From: Candidatus Latescibacterota bacterium
GTDB taxonomy: Bacteria > Latescibacterota > UBA2968
Direction: 5' to 3'
DNA: 64,000 nt
Assembly: GCA_038279365.1 (NCBI GenBank)
Contig: JAYODI010000004.1
Span: 21,256-85,255 of the forward strand
The notes under the pieces were generated by a model. That model searched no databases. It was not told the DNA's origin and saw only the letters and a program-made list of their open reading frames with translations. This document shows, in pieces, positions 18,801 through 28,515 of the stretch (its first letter is position 1; each line of letters begins with the position of its first letter). A program made the position numbers and the translations under genes.

Positions 18801-20378
18801 TTAAGAGTCTTTGGGTGGCGAAGCAAAAATAGGGTTTGTGAGCAAGCGCGTTTGGTTTGGTGCGCGCACATCTATGCGATAGTAGTGATGCCGAAGCATG
18901 GTGGTATCCAATGTGTCTTGCAAGTCTATGGTAATTTGTCCATCACCTTTGAACGTATCAATCAAAATGCCGTTTTTGATCAGGTCTGCGCTGAGGGCGT
19001 TTCTTTTTTCATTGCCTTTTAAACTGATTTGGGCCATCAGATGTACGGTTTTGGTTTTGAGTGTTTGACCCATGCTTGCTTGTTTGCCGGTTTCATCGGA
19101 TAGCGTAAATAAGTCTAATGAAAGTTCATCAGCATAAGGACCTGCTATGGCGTAAATTTGACCGGTTCGCAAAGCTTGTATAAGGGCGGGGCGGGTGTTT
19201 TCTTTGACCAGAAAAACGGTTTGGCTCAAACCTGGGTCAAAGCTGTCGCCTTCTACATCGCCTTCGCCAATGGCCCATATGGGTTGTTTGCGTTGAGCAA
19301 AACAATATTCGGTAAGCACCTGATCCCAAATCCCGCCGGGGGGGATGATGTATTTCATGCCTTCATAAAAGGCCGCAAAACCTGTGTAATTGCGCAAATG
19401 TAACAAGTCTTTGTAAGGGGCTTCTGTTTGAAGGTTTATGGTTAATGGGCCCATCGAATGGGTTTGTTTTTGCGATGCTTCTGGATGTGCAAAAAAAACA
19501 AGACCGCCTCGACCAATAACATAGTCAATAAAGTCTTGGTAGGGACGCTGTCCTTGATCGCCCTGGTAAACATTGTATCGCCCAAATTTGTAGGGGTAGT
19601 TGTTGACCAAAAACAAAATGCCCACAACAAAAAAAATCTGGGCAGATGCTTTAAATAAACCTGAGCGAAGGCTGTATCGAGACTGGCGATAACATTTAAA
19701 GGCCAAAAGCAAAAGTGCCAAAGGCCAAAGACTTAAAAGGGTTTGTAAATTATACCCCTTATAAAAGCCTTCACTTACGGTGGGCATATTTTCGTAATCT
19801 GAGGCTTTTTCAAGCCCAATGGCCAAAAAATGTTTGTGGCCATTGACCATGGTTATTTCGCCCCTTAGGAGGTTTTTGCGCCAATAATAAAAAGGGTATA
19901 CTTCCACACCTGGCACAACCGTCATATCTTCATATTTGCGATTTAGGTCATTGAGCAAACTCAAATAGTTATATGCACCTGTTGTTGTAACCGAACCCTC
20001 TCTGCCAAATTTTGAGGCAGCCATGCTGGCAGACAACCATTCTGTCAATGCTGGAACGGGAAAGATACCGTAATGGACGCGCGTTGTAATTTGATCTGAA
20101 AAAAAGGCGGCGTGCATGCCATTTTCTTTGAGCAGACGCACGAGTTCTTCAGGGGCCATTTCACCACCACTGATGGTGGAGTCTAAGTGGATCACACCCC
20201 GAATTTGCTTGATGGGTTGCGCATTAAGCAGCAGGGGTGAGGTATAAATATAAAAGATAAACGCGAAGAACAATCGCAAGATGCGACTGTTAAATGTGAC
20301 CATATTTTGTCCCGATAGAGAAGCTGTTTTGTGTGATGGCACTAATAGCGGTAGAGTTCCGTACATCCTTTGGAACAC
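18801..20378 (-). CDS. PHP-fold membrane-associated protein with divergent metal ligands
   Basis: RGVIHLDS, PGVE, FFAHP, IGEGD, 'ALRTG', C-terminal 'YYRIDV...LTNPIF'; internal TM hairpin; start uncertain. Confidence 0.55.
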   Translation of the reverse strand: MFQRMYGTLPLLVPSHKTASLSGQNMVTFNSRILRLFFAFIFYIYTSPLLLNAQPIKQIRGVIHLDSTISGGEMAPEELVRLLKENGMHAAFFSDQITTRVHYGIFPVPALTEWLSASMAASKFGREGSVTTTGAYNYLSLLNDLNRKYEDMTVVPGVEVYPFYYWRKNLLRGEITMVNGHKHFLAIGLEKASDYENMPTVSEGFYKGYNLQTLLSLWPLALLLLAFKCYRQSRYSLRSGLFKASAQIFFVVGILFLVNNYPYKFGRYNVYQGDQGQRPYQDFIDYVIGRGGLVFFAHPEASQKQTHSMGPLTINLQTEAPYKDLLHLRNYTGFAAFYEGMKYIIPPGGIWDQVLTEYCFAQRKQPIWAIGEGDVEGDSFDPGLSQTVFLVKENTRPALIQALRTGQIYAIAGPYADELSLDLFTLSDETGKQASMGQTLKTKTVHLMAQISLKGNEKRNALSADLIKNGILIDTFKGDGQITIDLQDTLDTTMLRHHYYRIDVRAPNQTRLLTNPIFASPPKDS

Positions 20379-21508
20379 ACGGGGAAGTTTTTCCGTTTTT
20401 TGATCAATCGTCTATAACTGCGATAAATTTTGTTATTCCAAATGCTCATAAAATCATCTTTTCGCACATTACCTGGCGAAAAGTTCATGGTGTGGTAAGG
20501 GCGTACGGCACCATCGGGCATCACATAAGCGGTCATCCAAAGGCTCACGCACCTGTTTTTGTAACTGTCCGATTCAAATTCAAACCCCGTGTAATATCGA
20601 CGAACTTCATCGGGTGTGTAATTGGGATAAACCGAAACATTGACGCGCGATTTTCTGTTTTCGACCACTTTAAGTGACTGCAACAATATTTCAGGGTCCA
20701 TTTGAGGCATTTCTTTCCAAACAAACCCGGCCCAATCGGGTGTGATTTGATTAAAGTTTTCCTGAAAGATGGCATTGTGTTGATCATACATGTTTTGGTT
20801 AATGAACAACAGATGGTGAAAGTTGATGTTGTCTGCGCCAATGTCTTCTGCAATATCAACCAATTCGTTAAGGTTGCGATAATTGGTTTCATATACTGTG
20901 GTATTGATGTTGAGGTGGGGCAATTTTAAACCGCGTTCTTTGCGTAGTTTGGCCACATCGCGCACCCCTTGGGTGAGTGCCTTAAAGGTGCCTTCTTTGT
21001 TGCGTGTGTCATCATGAACGCTTTCGGTGCCATCAAGGGAGAGGATGATTTCGTCAATGCCAGAATCAATGATGCGTTCGGCATAAACCGACATGAGCGT
21101 GCCATTGGTTACCATGTTACAGCGCATGCCTTTGCTTTTGATGTATTTGACGACATTTGTCCAGTCTTTATACATCATGGGTTCACCACCAAAAAGCGTG
21201 ATGTTGGGTTTGTGTGGTGCAATGTTGTCAATGAGCTTTTTGATTTCATCAAATGAGAGTTGTTCGCGTAAGGTTTCATTTGAAAATTCTTTAAATGCCC
21301 CATTGTCACCCCATTGGCCGCACATATGGCAAGTGAGGTTGCATTTGAGGGTGAGAAATAAGGATACAGTTTCAGGAGGGGCACTGTAGCCGTTGCTAAA
21401 TTGATATGTGGCATAAGACCGTAGGCGTTTAAATGCCGTTCGATAAGCATAGCCCGGTTGGGTGATGGCTTTGCGCACATTTCTAAGGAGATTTTTACGA
21501 GCGATCAC
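20342..21508 (-). CDS. Radical SAM enzyme with C-terminal SPASM/twitch-like domain
   Basis: CNLTCHMC (CxxxCxxC), FGGEP, TNG, SLDG; C-terminal C...PDG...GN...IWNN...CSKGC. Confidence 0.9.
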   Translation of the reverse strand: MIARKNLLRNVRKAITQPGYAYRTAFKRLRSYATYQFSNGYSAPPETVSLFLTLKCNLTCHMCGQWGDNGAFKEFSNETLREQLSFDEIKKLIDNIAPHKPNITLFGGEPMMYKDWTNVVKYIKSKGMRCNMVTNGTLMSVYAERIIDSGIDEIILSLDGTESVHDDTRNKEGTFKALTQGVRDVAKLRKERGLKLPHLNINTTVYETNYRNLNELVDIAEDIGADNINFHHLLFINQNMYDQHNAIFQENFNQITPDWAGFVWKEMPQMDPEILLQSLKVVENRKSRVNVSVYPNYTPDEVRRYYTGFEFESDSYKNRCVSLWMTAYVMPDGAVRPYHTMNFSPGNVRKDDFMSIWNNKIYRSYRRLIKKRKNFPVCSKGCTELYRY

Positions 21509-21590
21509 GGTGGTTACCTCTTTATCGTGAGGAGGTCTTGTGTGGCTGACGGAAGTGATGTATCACGTAGGTGCAAAGTGAATATGATGC

Positions 21591-22781
21591 CTAATACTTA
21601 TGTTTTTTAAGTGTTTGTGCCATGGCATAAGCCGCGCGTTCCAAAGCGCGATGGGGGACCAATGGATGAACGGGGAGCAGTAAAATGCGTTTTGCAATGG
21701 CGGTGGCCTGAGGAAAAGGATCCTTACCTTGTTTGTCCCAAATATCGGGATACAATCTATGAATGGGGTCTGGGTAGAGCAACGTGGCTTCAAGCCCTGT
21801 TTGAAGTATGGCCTCATGTACTGTTTGACGGATTTTTTCATCGGGCAATAAAATGGGAAACTGATTGTATGCTGGGCGACTGTTGGGCAATATGCTTGGT
21901 AGTTTGATGCCTTCAATTTCAGAAAGTGCTTTTGTTAAATACGTTGCATTTTGTGTGCGCTTTTGAGTGAACGCTTCGAGTTTTTGGATAAGGCGAAGCC
22001 CCAAACGCGCTTGATAATCGGTATAACCCCATGTGTGAAAGTCGGTGTGTAAGGATGTGTACTTAAATTTCGACGCCAATGGCAAGAGCAAGCTGTAACC
22101 CACTGGATGTACGACCACGGATAGGGCAACTGAAAAGGCGCGAATTTTGGCTGCATATTTAAAATTGGGTTGTGGAAATTTGTTTATTTCCGACTCGATA
22201 TCTTGGACAAGGTCTTCTCGATTGCTCAGTACAGCTCCACCCGTAAATGTGGATAGGTTTTTGCCTCTGTTAAAACTGTAAACCCCAATATCACTTTGGG
22301 TGGCCACTGGCAGGCCGTCAATTTCTGCCCCCATCGCAGAGGCTGCATCTTCAATGGTAAAGACGTTTTGTCCTGAAAGTTGTCGGTTGAGTTCCAAGAT
22401 GTCCATTGGCAAGCCGAACATGTGGACGGGCATAACGGCCAATGTGTTTTGCCCCACATGCAATAATATTTCTTGAGAGCCCGCGTTGAGTGTGTTGGGT
22501 GAAATATCGCATAAGATGGGCGTTAAGCCTGCTTTACGAATGGGCAATATCAACGACGGGGCCGTGTAGGCTGGCAGTACCACTTCGGTTTTGTCTGAAT
22601 GTTTGCGCAAGGCAAGCAATGTGGCATAAATGGCAGAGGTGCCCGACCCAGACAAACCACACCACTTGACATTCAGTTGTTGTTGAATGGCAGTTTGTAA
22701 AGTTGCCTTTCCGCCTAAAGGCAAAAATGCCCGCAAGAGCGTAAGGGGTGAAATTGGTGTGCCGGCCGAAGGTGTTTTCAT
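21591..22781 (-). CDS. Second DegT/DnrJ family PLP aminotransferase
   Basis: SGTSAI, PAYT, VHMFG, IEDAA, YSFNRGK. Start likely MKTPSAG (22781); ORF track gives 22847. Confidence 0.85.
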   Translation of the reverse strand: MKTPSAGTPISPLTLLRAFLPLGGKATLQTAIQQQLNVKWCGLSGSGTSAIYATLLALRKHSDKTEVVLPAYTAPSLILPIRKAGLTPILCDISPNTLNAGSQEILLHVGQNTLAVMPVHMFGLPMDILELNRQLSGQNVFTIEDAASAMGAEIDGLPVATQSDIGVYSFNRGKNLSTFTGGAVLSNREDLVQDIESEINKFPQPNFKYAAKIRAFSVALSVVVHPVGYSLLLPLASKFKYTSLHTDFHTWGYTDYQARLGLRLIQKLEAFTQKRTQNATYLTKALSEIEGIKLPSILPNSRPAYNQFPILLPDEKIRQTVHEAILQTGLEATLLYPDPIHRLYPDIWDKQGKDPFPQATAIAKRILLLPVHPLVPHRALERAAYAMAQTLKKHKY

Positions 22782-22847
22782 GAGATGATCGAGGCCTATA
22801 AAAAATAAGGTAAGTAAATAATATAGTTCAATTTTAGGTTCGGTCAA

Positions 22848-23480
22848 TTATTCGGAGGCTTGTGCTTCTATAAAGTAACCCAATGCCAAGAATGGCAATT
22901 GAGGTCCTATGGCTGTTTTTCGTGTGATATGAAATCCTTTTGTTGCAAATAGACCAGTGAGGTGGCGCAAATGATGACCTCGGGTGGTAAAATTCTCACG
23001 GCGATTGTGTCGCCAATAACGATAGCGCAACAGTGGGTTGGCCGCATTTCTGATGTCGAGAAAAATACGTCCGCCAGGGCGGCAAATGCGCATCAGTTCG
23101 TAAAGCAATTGGGCCGTAATTTCATCGGTTGGGATATTGATTAACGTGTTTAAAAAGAATATGTTATCAAAAGATTGGTTCCCAAATGGCATCGTGGTCA
23201 CGTTGCCCTGCACCAAAGAGACGTTTTCTACCTGATTGTCTGCAAAGATTTGTTTGGACTCATAGAGCAGTGAAAGGTCTAAGTCGGTGCCGATGAGCTT
23301 GCCTGTTGGTTTGGGTAGAGAAGCAAAAAAAAGGCCATTTCCACAGCCCACATCCAAAGTGAGGCCTTTGGAAGCTGTTTTGAAATATTCCTGAGCCAGA
23401 TTTCGCACGTTTTGGGTGATGTGGCCAAAAAAAGCACCAGGTCTTTGGACGGCTGTTGTGTTGAGTTTCTCTGCGGACAT
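22848..23480 (-). CDS. Class I SAM-dependent methyltransferase
   Basis: LDVGCGNG, 'MPFGNQSFD', 'RICRPGG'. Confidence 0.85.
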   Translation of the reverse strand: MSAEKLNTTAVQRPGAFFGHITQNVRNLAQEYFKTASKGLTLDVGCGNGLFFASLPKPTGKLIGTDLDLSLLYESKQIFADNQVENVSLVQGNVTTMPFGNQSFDNIFFLNTLINIPTDEITAQLLYELMRICRPGGRIFLDIRNAANPLLRYRYWRHNRRENFTTRGHHLRHLTGLFATKGFHITRKTAIGPQLPFLALGYFIEAQASE

Positions 23481-23509
23481 GCGTCCGTTCCTTTCTTGTC
23501 ATTTTTAGC

Positions 23510-24685
23510 TTATAAAATTTCTTCTACGAGTTTGGTTAAGATGCGCCAGTCGAGTTCATTTTGAATGCGTTTTCGCGCTTGTTGTCCCATTTGTTTGGCA
23601 AGTTGTGGATCGTTTAAAAATTGTAAAATGGCCTGCGCGATTTCTTGATCGGAGGTGGGATCAACCAATATACCTGTTTGGCCCTCCAATACGGCTTCAA
23701 CAGCCCCACCTGACCGACCCGCTATCACAGGTTTTTCACAGGATCCGGCTTCAATAAAGGTGATGCCAAAGCCTTCAATATCACCGGCCAAGGCCGTGCC
23801 TTCGGTGACTCTGTTGGGCATGACAAAGACATCACACAGGTTATAAAGCGTGGGCAAGTCTGCATCGGGCACAAAGCCCAAAAAATGAACCCGATCTTCC
23901 AGATTGAGATCTGCAGTAAGTTGTCGCAACCGATTTTCTTCTCTGCCAGTACCGCCAATAAGATAAACCACATCTTTGGGCAAATTGGGCATGGCTTGTA
24001 AAACTTTGTCATGCCCTTTTCTTTGGTCTAAACGCGCCACGGTGAGCAAGATGCGTTTGTCGTGAATGTTGAGGCGATCTATCCACGTTTGGTCTTTGGG
24101 GGTGGGCGCAAAGCGGTCTGGGTCTACACCCGGATAGATGCGGCGAATTTTTTCTTTGGGAACATCAAATGCGATGAATTCTTCTGATGTCATATTGCTG
24201 TTGGTGACAATCCATTCACTTTCATCCAATATGGCGCGCATCAAGGTAGCTGATTTGCCCCCTTGAGCAAGGCGTGCGGTTTCTGAGCCATACACCCACG
24301 TGACGTAGGGGATACCAAAAAGTTTTTTACAGAGCAAACCCGCAATGCCCGATGAGAAGACTTGACCACAATGAATTCTGCGAGGGCGGTTCTTAAGGCA
24401 GTGTAAAAGGGTCCATTGAAGTGTGCGTGCTGTTTTAAACAGTTTGGCAGTGCCACTTTCTCCAATGGGCAATTGAATGCGCGTTATAGGCATTGGGCAA
24501 GTGGCATCAATTTGTTGTGTATTGGGCATAACCGGGGCCACGACACGGGTTTGATTGGGCGGCAAACGACACCAGATTTCATAAAAGACGGTGGCGATCC
24601 CACTGGTAACGGGTGGGAAGTCGTTGGCAATGAGTAAGGAATGTGACATAAACAAATCTCGTTTTTGAAAAGTGGGGTGTGGCAA
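23510..24685 (-). CDS. Glycosyltransferase family 4 (PimB-like)
   Basis: NDFPPVTSGI, ARLDQRKG, EGFGITFIEA; start may be 24649. Confidence 0.92.
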   Translation of the reverse strand: MPHPTFQKRDLFMSHSLLIANDFPPVTSGIATVFYEIWCRLPPNQTRVVAPVMPNTQQIDATCPMPITRIQLPIGESGTAKLFKTARTLQWTLLHCLKNRPRRIHCGQVFSSGIAGLLCKKLFGIPYVTWVYGSETARLAQGGKSATLMRAILDESEWIVTNSNMTSEEFIAFDVPKEKIRRIYPGVDPDRFAPTPKDQTWIDRLNIHDKRILLTVARLDQRKGHDKVLQAMPNLPKDVVYLIGGTGREENRLRQLTADLNLEDRVHFLGFVPDADLPTLYNLCDVFVMPNRVTEGTALAGDIEGFGITFIEAGSCEKPVIAGRSGGAVEAVLEGQTGILVDPTSDQEIAQAILQFLNDPQLAKQMGQQARKRIQNELDWRILTKLVEEIL

Positions 24686-24697
24686 CTTTGTAAAACC

Positions 24698-25858
24698 TTA
24701 TGCGCCCCCTGTTAGGCCAGCCGTTTCTTCGAGTGCATGTAGAATTTTGCTCGCGACTTTTTCCTGGGAAAAATGTGTCACATGTTTTAAGCCATTTTGA
24801 ATTTTTATGTGCCGCAAATGATCATCGTGCAAGAGTTGGTCTATTGCTAATGCGATATCCTGTGTGTTGTGCGGGTCTACCAATATGCCAGCATTGCCAA
24901 TCACTTCGGGCAAAGAGGTGGCGTTGGATGAGATAACAGGCGTACCACAAGCCATCGCTTCAAGAGGCGGAATGCCAAACCCTTCGTAGAAGGATGAGAT
25001 CACAAAGAGTTTGGCACCGGCGTAGATGGCAGGTAAGTCGTCATCATCGATCATGCCTGGAAAGATGACCTGATCGGATAAGCCCAATTGTGCCACGCGT
25101 TGTTGCAGGGGTAAGGTGAACGCGTTGTGTTTACCACCTATAACGAGGTGGGTGGTTTGTTGAACCTGTGTTGAAAGTTGTGCATAGGCTTCAATTAAAC
25201 CACTTGGGTTTTTATGGGGTTTAAAATTGTTGAGGTTAAAAATGTATGGTGCAGTGAGGCCATATTTTTTTTTGACTTGATTGATGTTTGTTGTTGCAAT
25301 GTTGGGGTTAAAACGATCTGAAACCGCATTGTGAGTGATGGTTATTCGGCTGGCATCCAATCCATAATATTTGGCAATGTCTTGGCGACTGTGCGCCGAT
25401 ACAGTTAACACCTGTGCGGCGTGTCGGGCCATGTAGCCACGTTGGAGGCGGTAAAGCGTGTTATAAAGATATCGCTTTAAGCCTGTAAGATCTGATACAT
25501 ATTGATAGAGAAGGTCATGGATGGTCATGACAACGGGACACGGTGCGTTTATGGGTATTTTGTCATAGGGTGTAAAAAACAGATCGACCCGATCTTGGCG
25601 CAGGGTTTTGACAATGGCGACGTGATCCCACCATAAGGTGTTTTTTTCTTGAATAATTTTGAAGGTGTAATTGTCATTTGGATTGGGAAAGTTTGTGTGT
25701 TGATTGCCATATAAAATAAAGTGGTGTTGAGAGGCTCTGGTTATTTGCGCAGAGAGAAAGTTTTCTATATATCGACCAAAGCCCGTAAATGTATGGGGCA
25801 ATAATTCACGGCAATCAACCCCAATTTTAAGTGTTTTATGTGTCAAGTAATTGGTCAT
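24698..25858 (-). CDS. Glycosyltransferase family 4 (MtfB/WbdA-like)
   Basis: TIHDL, PHKN, YEGFGIPPLEAMACG. Confidence 0.92.
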   Translation of the reverse strand: MTNYLTHKTLKIGVDCRELLPHTFTGFGRYIENFLSAQITRASQHHFILYGNQHTNFPNPNDNYTFKIIQEKNTLWWDHVAIVKTLRQDRVDLFFTPYDKIPINAPCPVVMTIHDLLYQYVSDLTGLKRYLYNTLYRLQRGYMARHAAQVLTVSAHSRQDIAKYYGLDASRITITHNAVSDRFNPNIATTNINQVKKKYGLTAPYIFNLNNFKPHKNPSGLIEAYAQLSTQVQQTTHLVIGGKHNAFTLPLQQRVAQLGLSDQVIFPGMIDDDDLPAIYAGAKLFVISSFYEGFGIPPLEAMACGTPVISSNATSLPEVIGNAGILVDPHNTQDIALAIDQLLHDDHLRHIKIQNGLKHVTHFSQEKVASKILHALEETAGLTGGA

Positions 25859-26957
25859 AAAGCGACTGTATGTTTAGAAGATGGCGATCAACGGAAAAGT
25901 GTTCGATAAAGCGTGTGTAGCCCGTTTGTGAAAGTTTTTGACAGAGAGATTTGTTTTCAAGCAAGCCGATAATGTGGCTTGCCAATTCGTTGTGGTCTGA
26001 CTCGGCAAAGAGCAAGCCACTTTTTTTATGTTCTATAATTTCGGAAAGGCCCCCAACCCTTGATGCAACAACTGGGGTTTGCATGGCCAAACCTTCTGCG
26101 GCCACACGCCCAAACCCCTCCGTTTTGATGCCATTTGGGGTTTGTAAAATGCGTGATGGCACAACAAGGGTGGTGAATTGTTTTATGAGGCTTAGGGCAT
26201 CTGAGCGATAGCCCAAAAAATGAAAGTTGTGAGTTAGCCCAAAGGTGACGACTTGTTCTTTTAGGTGTTGGTGATAAGCTTGTTCTTCGGAATTTGGGCC
26301 AGGGGTTCCAGCGATGACAAAATGGGTGTCGGGCTGCTTTTGTATTACTTGTGCAGCCGCTTTTATAAATATTTCCATTCCTTTCCACGGGTCAATGCGT
26401 CCCACCACACCAATGATTTTTGTTTCTGATGTGAGGTTTAATTCTTCTCGCAAATTGCTGGTGGTAATGGTTTGTATATCTACTGCGTTGTAGATGGTTT
26501 CAAATGCATTGGGGGGTGTGTTTTCGGCCTGGCAAAAATGATCGCGAACGGCATTGGAGACCGATATGGTTTTGTGTGCAATTTTGACAAATGCTCTGTC
26601 TACCCATGTTGTCGGAAAAATAACGCGTAAATGCCCAACAAGCTTACGGCCAGCTAAGCGTGTTGCTATACCGGCTCGAATGTCGAGGGTGTTGACATGA
26701 ACCAAATCGGCTTTTTCGGCTTTGATGAGATGAGAAAGCTTAAATACAAAGCGCAGCTGAGACAAAACATTGCTATAGGTGAGTACATAAACTGGGCAAT
26801 CTAATTCCTTGGCACGTTCTACAAATCGCCCATTGTCATAGGCACAGATAATGGGTGTAAAACGTGAGCGGTCGAGATTTTTTATGAGGGTTAACAAACT
26901 GACCTCGCCGCCGCCCAAGTCGGTTCCTGGGCTGATGTAGAAAATGCGTTTGGGCAT
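25836..26957 (-). CDS. Glycosyltransferase family 4
   Basis: GGGEVSL, GRIDPWKG, EGFGRVAAE. Confidence 0.9.
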   Translation of the reverse strand: MPKRIFYISPGTDLGGGEVSLLTLIKNLDRSRFTPIICAYDNGRFVERAKELDCPVYVLTYSNVLSQLRFVFKLSHLIKAEKADLVHVNTLDIRAGIATRLAGRKLVGHLRVIFPTTWVDRAFVKIAHKTISVSNAVRDHFCQAENTPPNAFETIYNAVDIQTITTSNLREELNLTSETKIIGVVGRIDPWKGMEIFIKAAAQVIQKQPDTHFVIAGTPGPNSEEQAYHQHLKEQVVTFGLTHNFHFLGYRSDALSLIKQFTTLVVPSRILQTPNGIKTEGFGRVAAEGLAMQTPVVASRVGGLSEIIEHKKSGLLFAESDHNELASHIIGLLENKSLCQKLSQTGYTRFIEHFSVDRHLLNIQSLYDQLLDT

Positions 26958-26982
26958 AGGTTATCAGGCGGTTAGAGAATGG

Positions 26983-28488
26983 CTATGGCGATAACAATGC
27001 ATAAACCGATACCGTTGGTGGTGGTGTTTGGTAGAGCAGTTGAAAACGTTCGGGCGTTTGTGTTTTCAATTTTTCAAAGCCTTCTCCTAAATTCACACCG
27101 GATATGGGAAATTCGGTCACAATGATGTGGGTGATATTTATTGGATTGCCCATTTGATCTTTTTGTGGAATGAACATGGGGTCTGTATACCACCATGACT
27201 TTCTGCCTGACCAGATGGCACTTAAACGCGGTTTGCGAGAAATGATGAGGGCATCTTGGTTTGTATTTGATTTAAGCCACGTACAGGCATCTTTAAAATG
27301 AGCAATTTCGGGTTGGTAGTAGTCTGTTCGATTAAAATAAACCAAATGCAAACTGCTGCCTAAGCCAATAAGTAAAAGCGTAGAAACAGTCCAGGTGAGC
27401 GCTTTGCGACGAAGTAGATCAATGTTTATGGGTAAATGCTGTAAGCCTACAATGATGTAATAGAGCAACAGGGGCAATATGGGGAGCAGAAATCGGGCAT
27501 CGTGATAGGGCCACACGGCAAGAATGCCGAGATATACAATGAGATAAGCATTTTCGGGTGTGATTCCTGTTCTTAAATTTCTAACATAACCTATGAGAAA
27601 TAGCGTGGTAAGCAGAAGGCTGCCAATGATTTTCAGTGGATTGTAGGGTGAAAATTGTGCGATGATTGGGCCACCTATCAAGTCTGCAAAAGATTTGGCT
27701 GCATATCGCGGCAAGTTTTGCGCAAGCCTATAAATAACGATAAAGGAGCCAGTATCTGTTTCACCAGCACTTTTTTCGGTGAGTTGATCAAAGTAAGAAT
27801 TATGAACTTGTATGCTTCGCAGAGCCCAAGGCAACAGCAATAGGCCAATAAATGTGGCAAGCAAAATAGAGGCTTTGTAACGTTTGTTAATAAACAGATA
27901 CCCACACATCGATAGGGCGAGTGTGGCACCGATGGTGCGTGCATAAAATGACAAAGCAATTAACACCGCAGCTGTGATGATGAGCCCAATATGATCTTCT
28001 TGGCTTTGTTTGATTTTGCGAACTGTGATGAGTACACAAGCCGACAAAAAGACATATATGGTTTCTGTGAGTATGCTGGAACCAAAATGGATATATGCGG
28101 CATTTACGGCAGTTAAGAGCATTACCATCCAGGCTGTGTCGGCAGAAGAAATGTCTTTGATCAACCGATACATTGCCGTTAAGCCCAAGAGGCCAAATAA
28201 CAATGCAATGCATTTCATGGCGAAGAAGTTCTGCCCTAAGAATGCAACAATGGGAACGATGAGTATGGGCAACAGGGGGGGGTATTGGGTTTCTGCTGGC
28301 TCACCTGGGTAAAAGGTGTTGGTATATCCTTTTCCTTGGGTGAGACTTTCGGCCAAAATGATATAACTGGCGTTATCTCCATTGGGGGAAATGAGTGGGG
28401 TTATGGCATTTGTGGCCAATAAAGTGAAGGTGAGCAAAATGATGATTTGTCGAGATGTATTCACATGCTGGAGAATTGTGGGGCGCAT
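26983..28488 (-). CDS. GT-C fold integral membrane glycosyltransferase (ArnT/PMT-like)
   Basis: First-loop 'GDNASY', 'YPPLLP', 'ILTE', 'RFLLP'; multiple TM plus soluble C-terminal domain. Confidence 0.75.
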   Translation of the reverse strand: MRPTILQHVNTSRQIIILLTFTLLATNAITPLISPNGDNASYIILAESLTQGKGYTNTFYPGEPAETQYPPLLPILIVPIVAFLGQNFFAMKCIALLFGLLGLTAMYRLIKDISSADTAWMVMLLTAVNAAYIHFGSSILTETIYVFLSACVLITVRKIKQSQEDHIGLIITAAVLIALSFYARTIGATLALSMCGYLFINKRYKASILLATFIGLLLLPWALRSIQVHNSYFDQLTEKSAGETDTGSFIVIYRLAQNLPRYAAKSFADLIGGPIIAQFSPYNPLKIIGSLLLTTLFLIGYVRNLRTGITPENAYLIVYLGILAVWPYHDARFLLPILPLLLYYIIVGLQHLPINIDLLRRKALTWTVSTLLLIGLGSSLHLVYFNRTDYYQPEIAHFKDACTWLKSNTNQDALIISRKPRLSAIWSGRKSWWYTDPMFIPQKDQMGNPINITHIIVTEFPISGVNLGEGFEKLKTQTPERFQLLYQTPPPTVSVYALLSP

Positions 28489-28515
28489 ACGTTCTTTCTT
28501 ATATGGGTGCTGTTA

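Noticed and set aside
20342-21508. Radical SAM as RiPP maturase for the RRE cassette
   Set aside because: About 39 kb away inside a sugar-tailoring operon next to a DegT gene; not excluded but unsupported.
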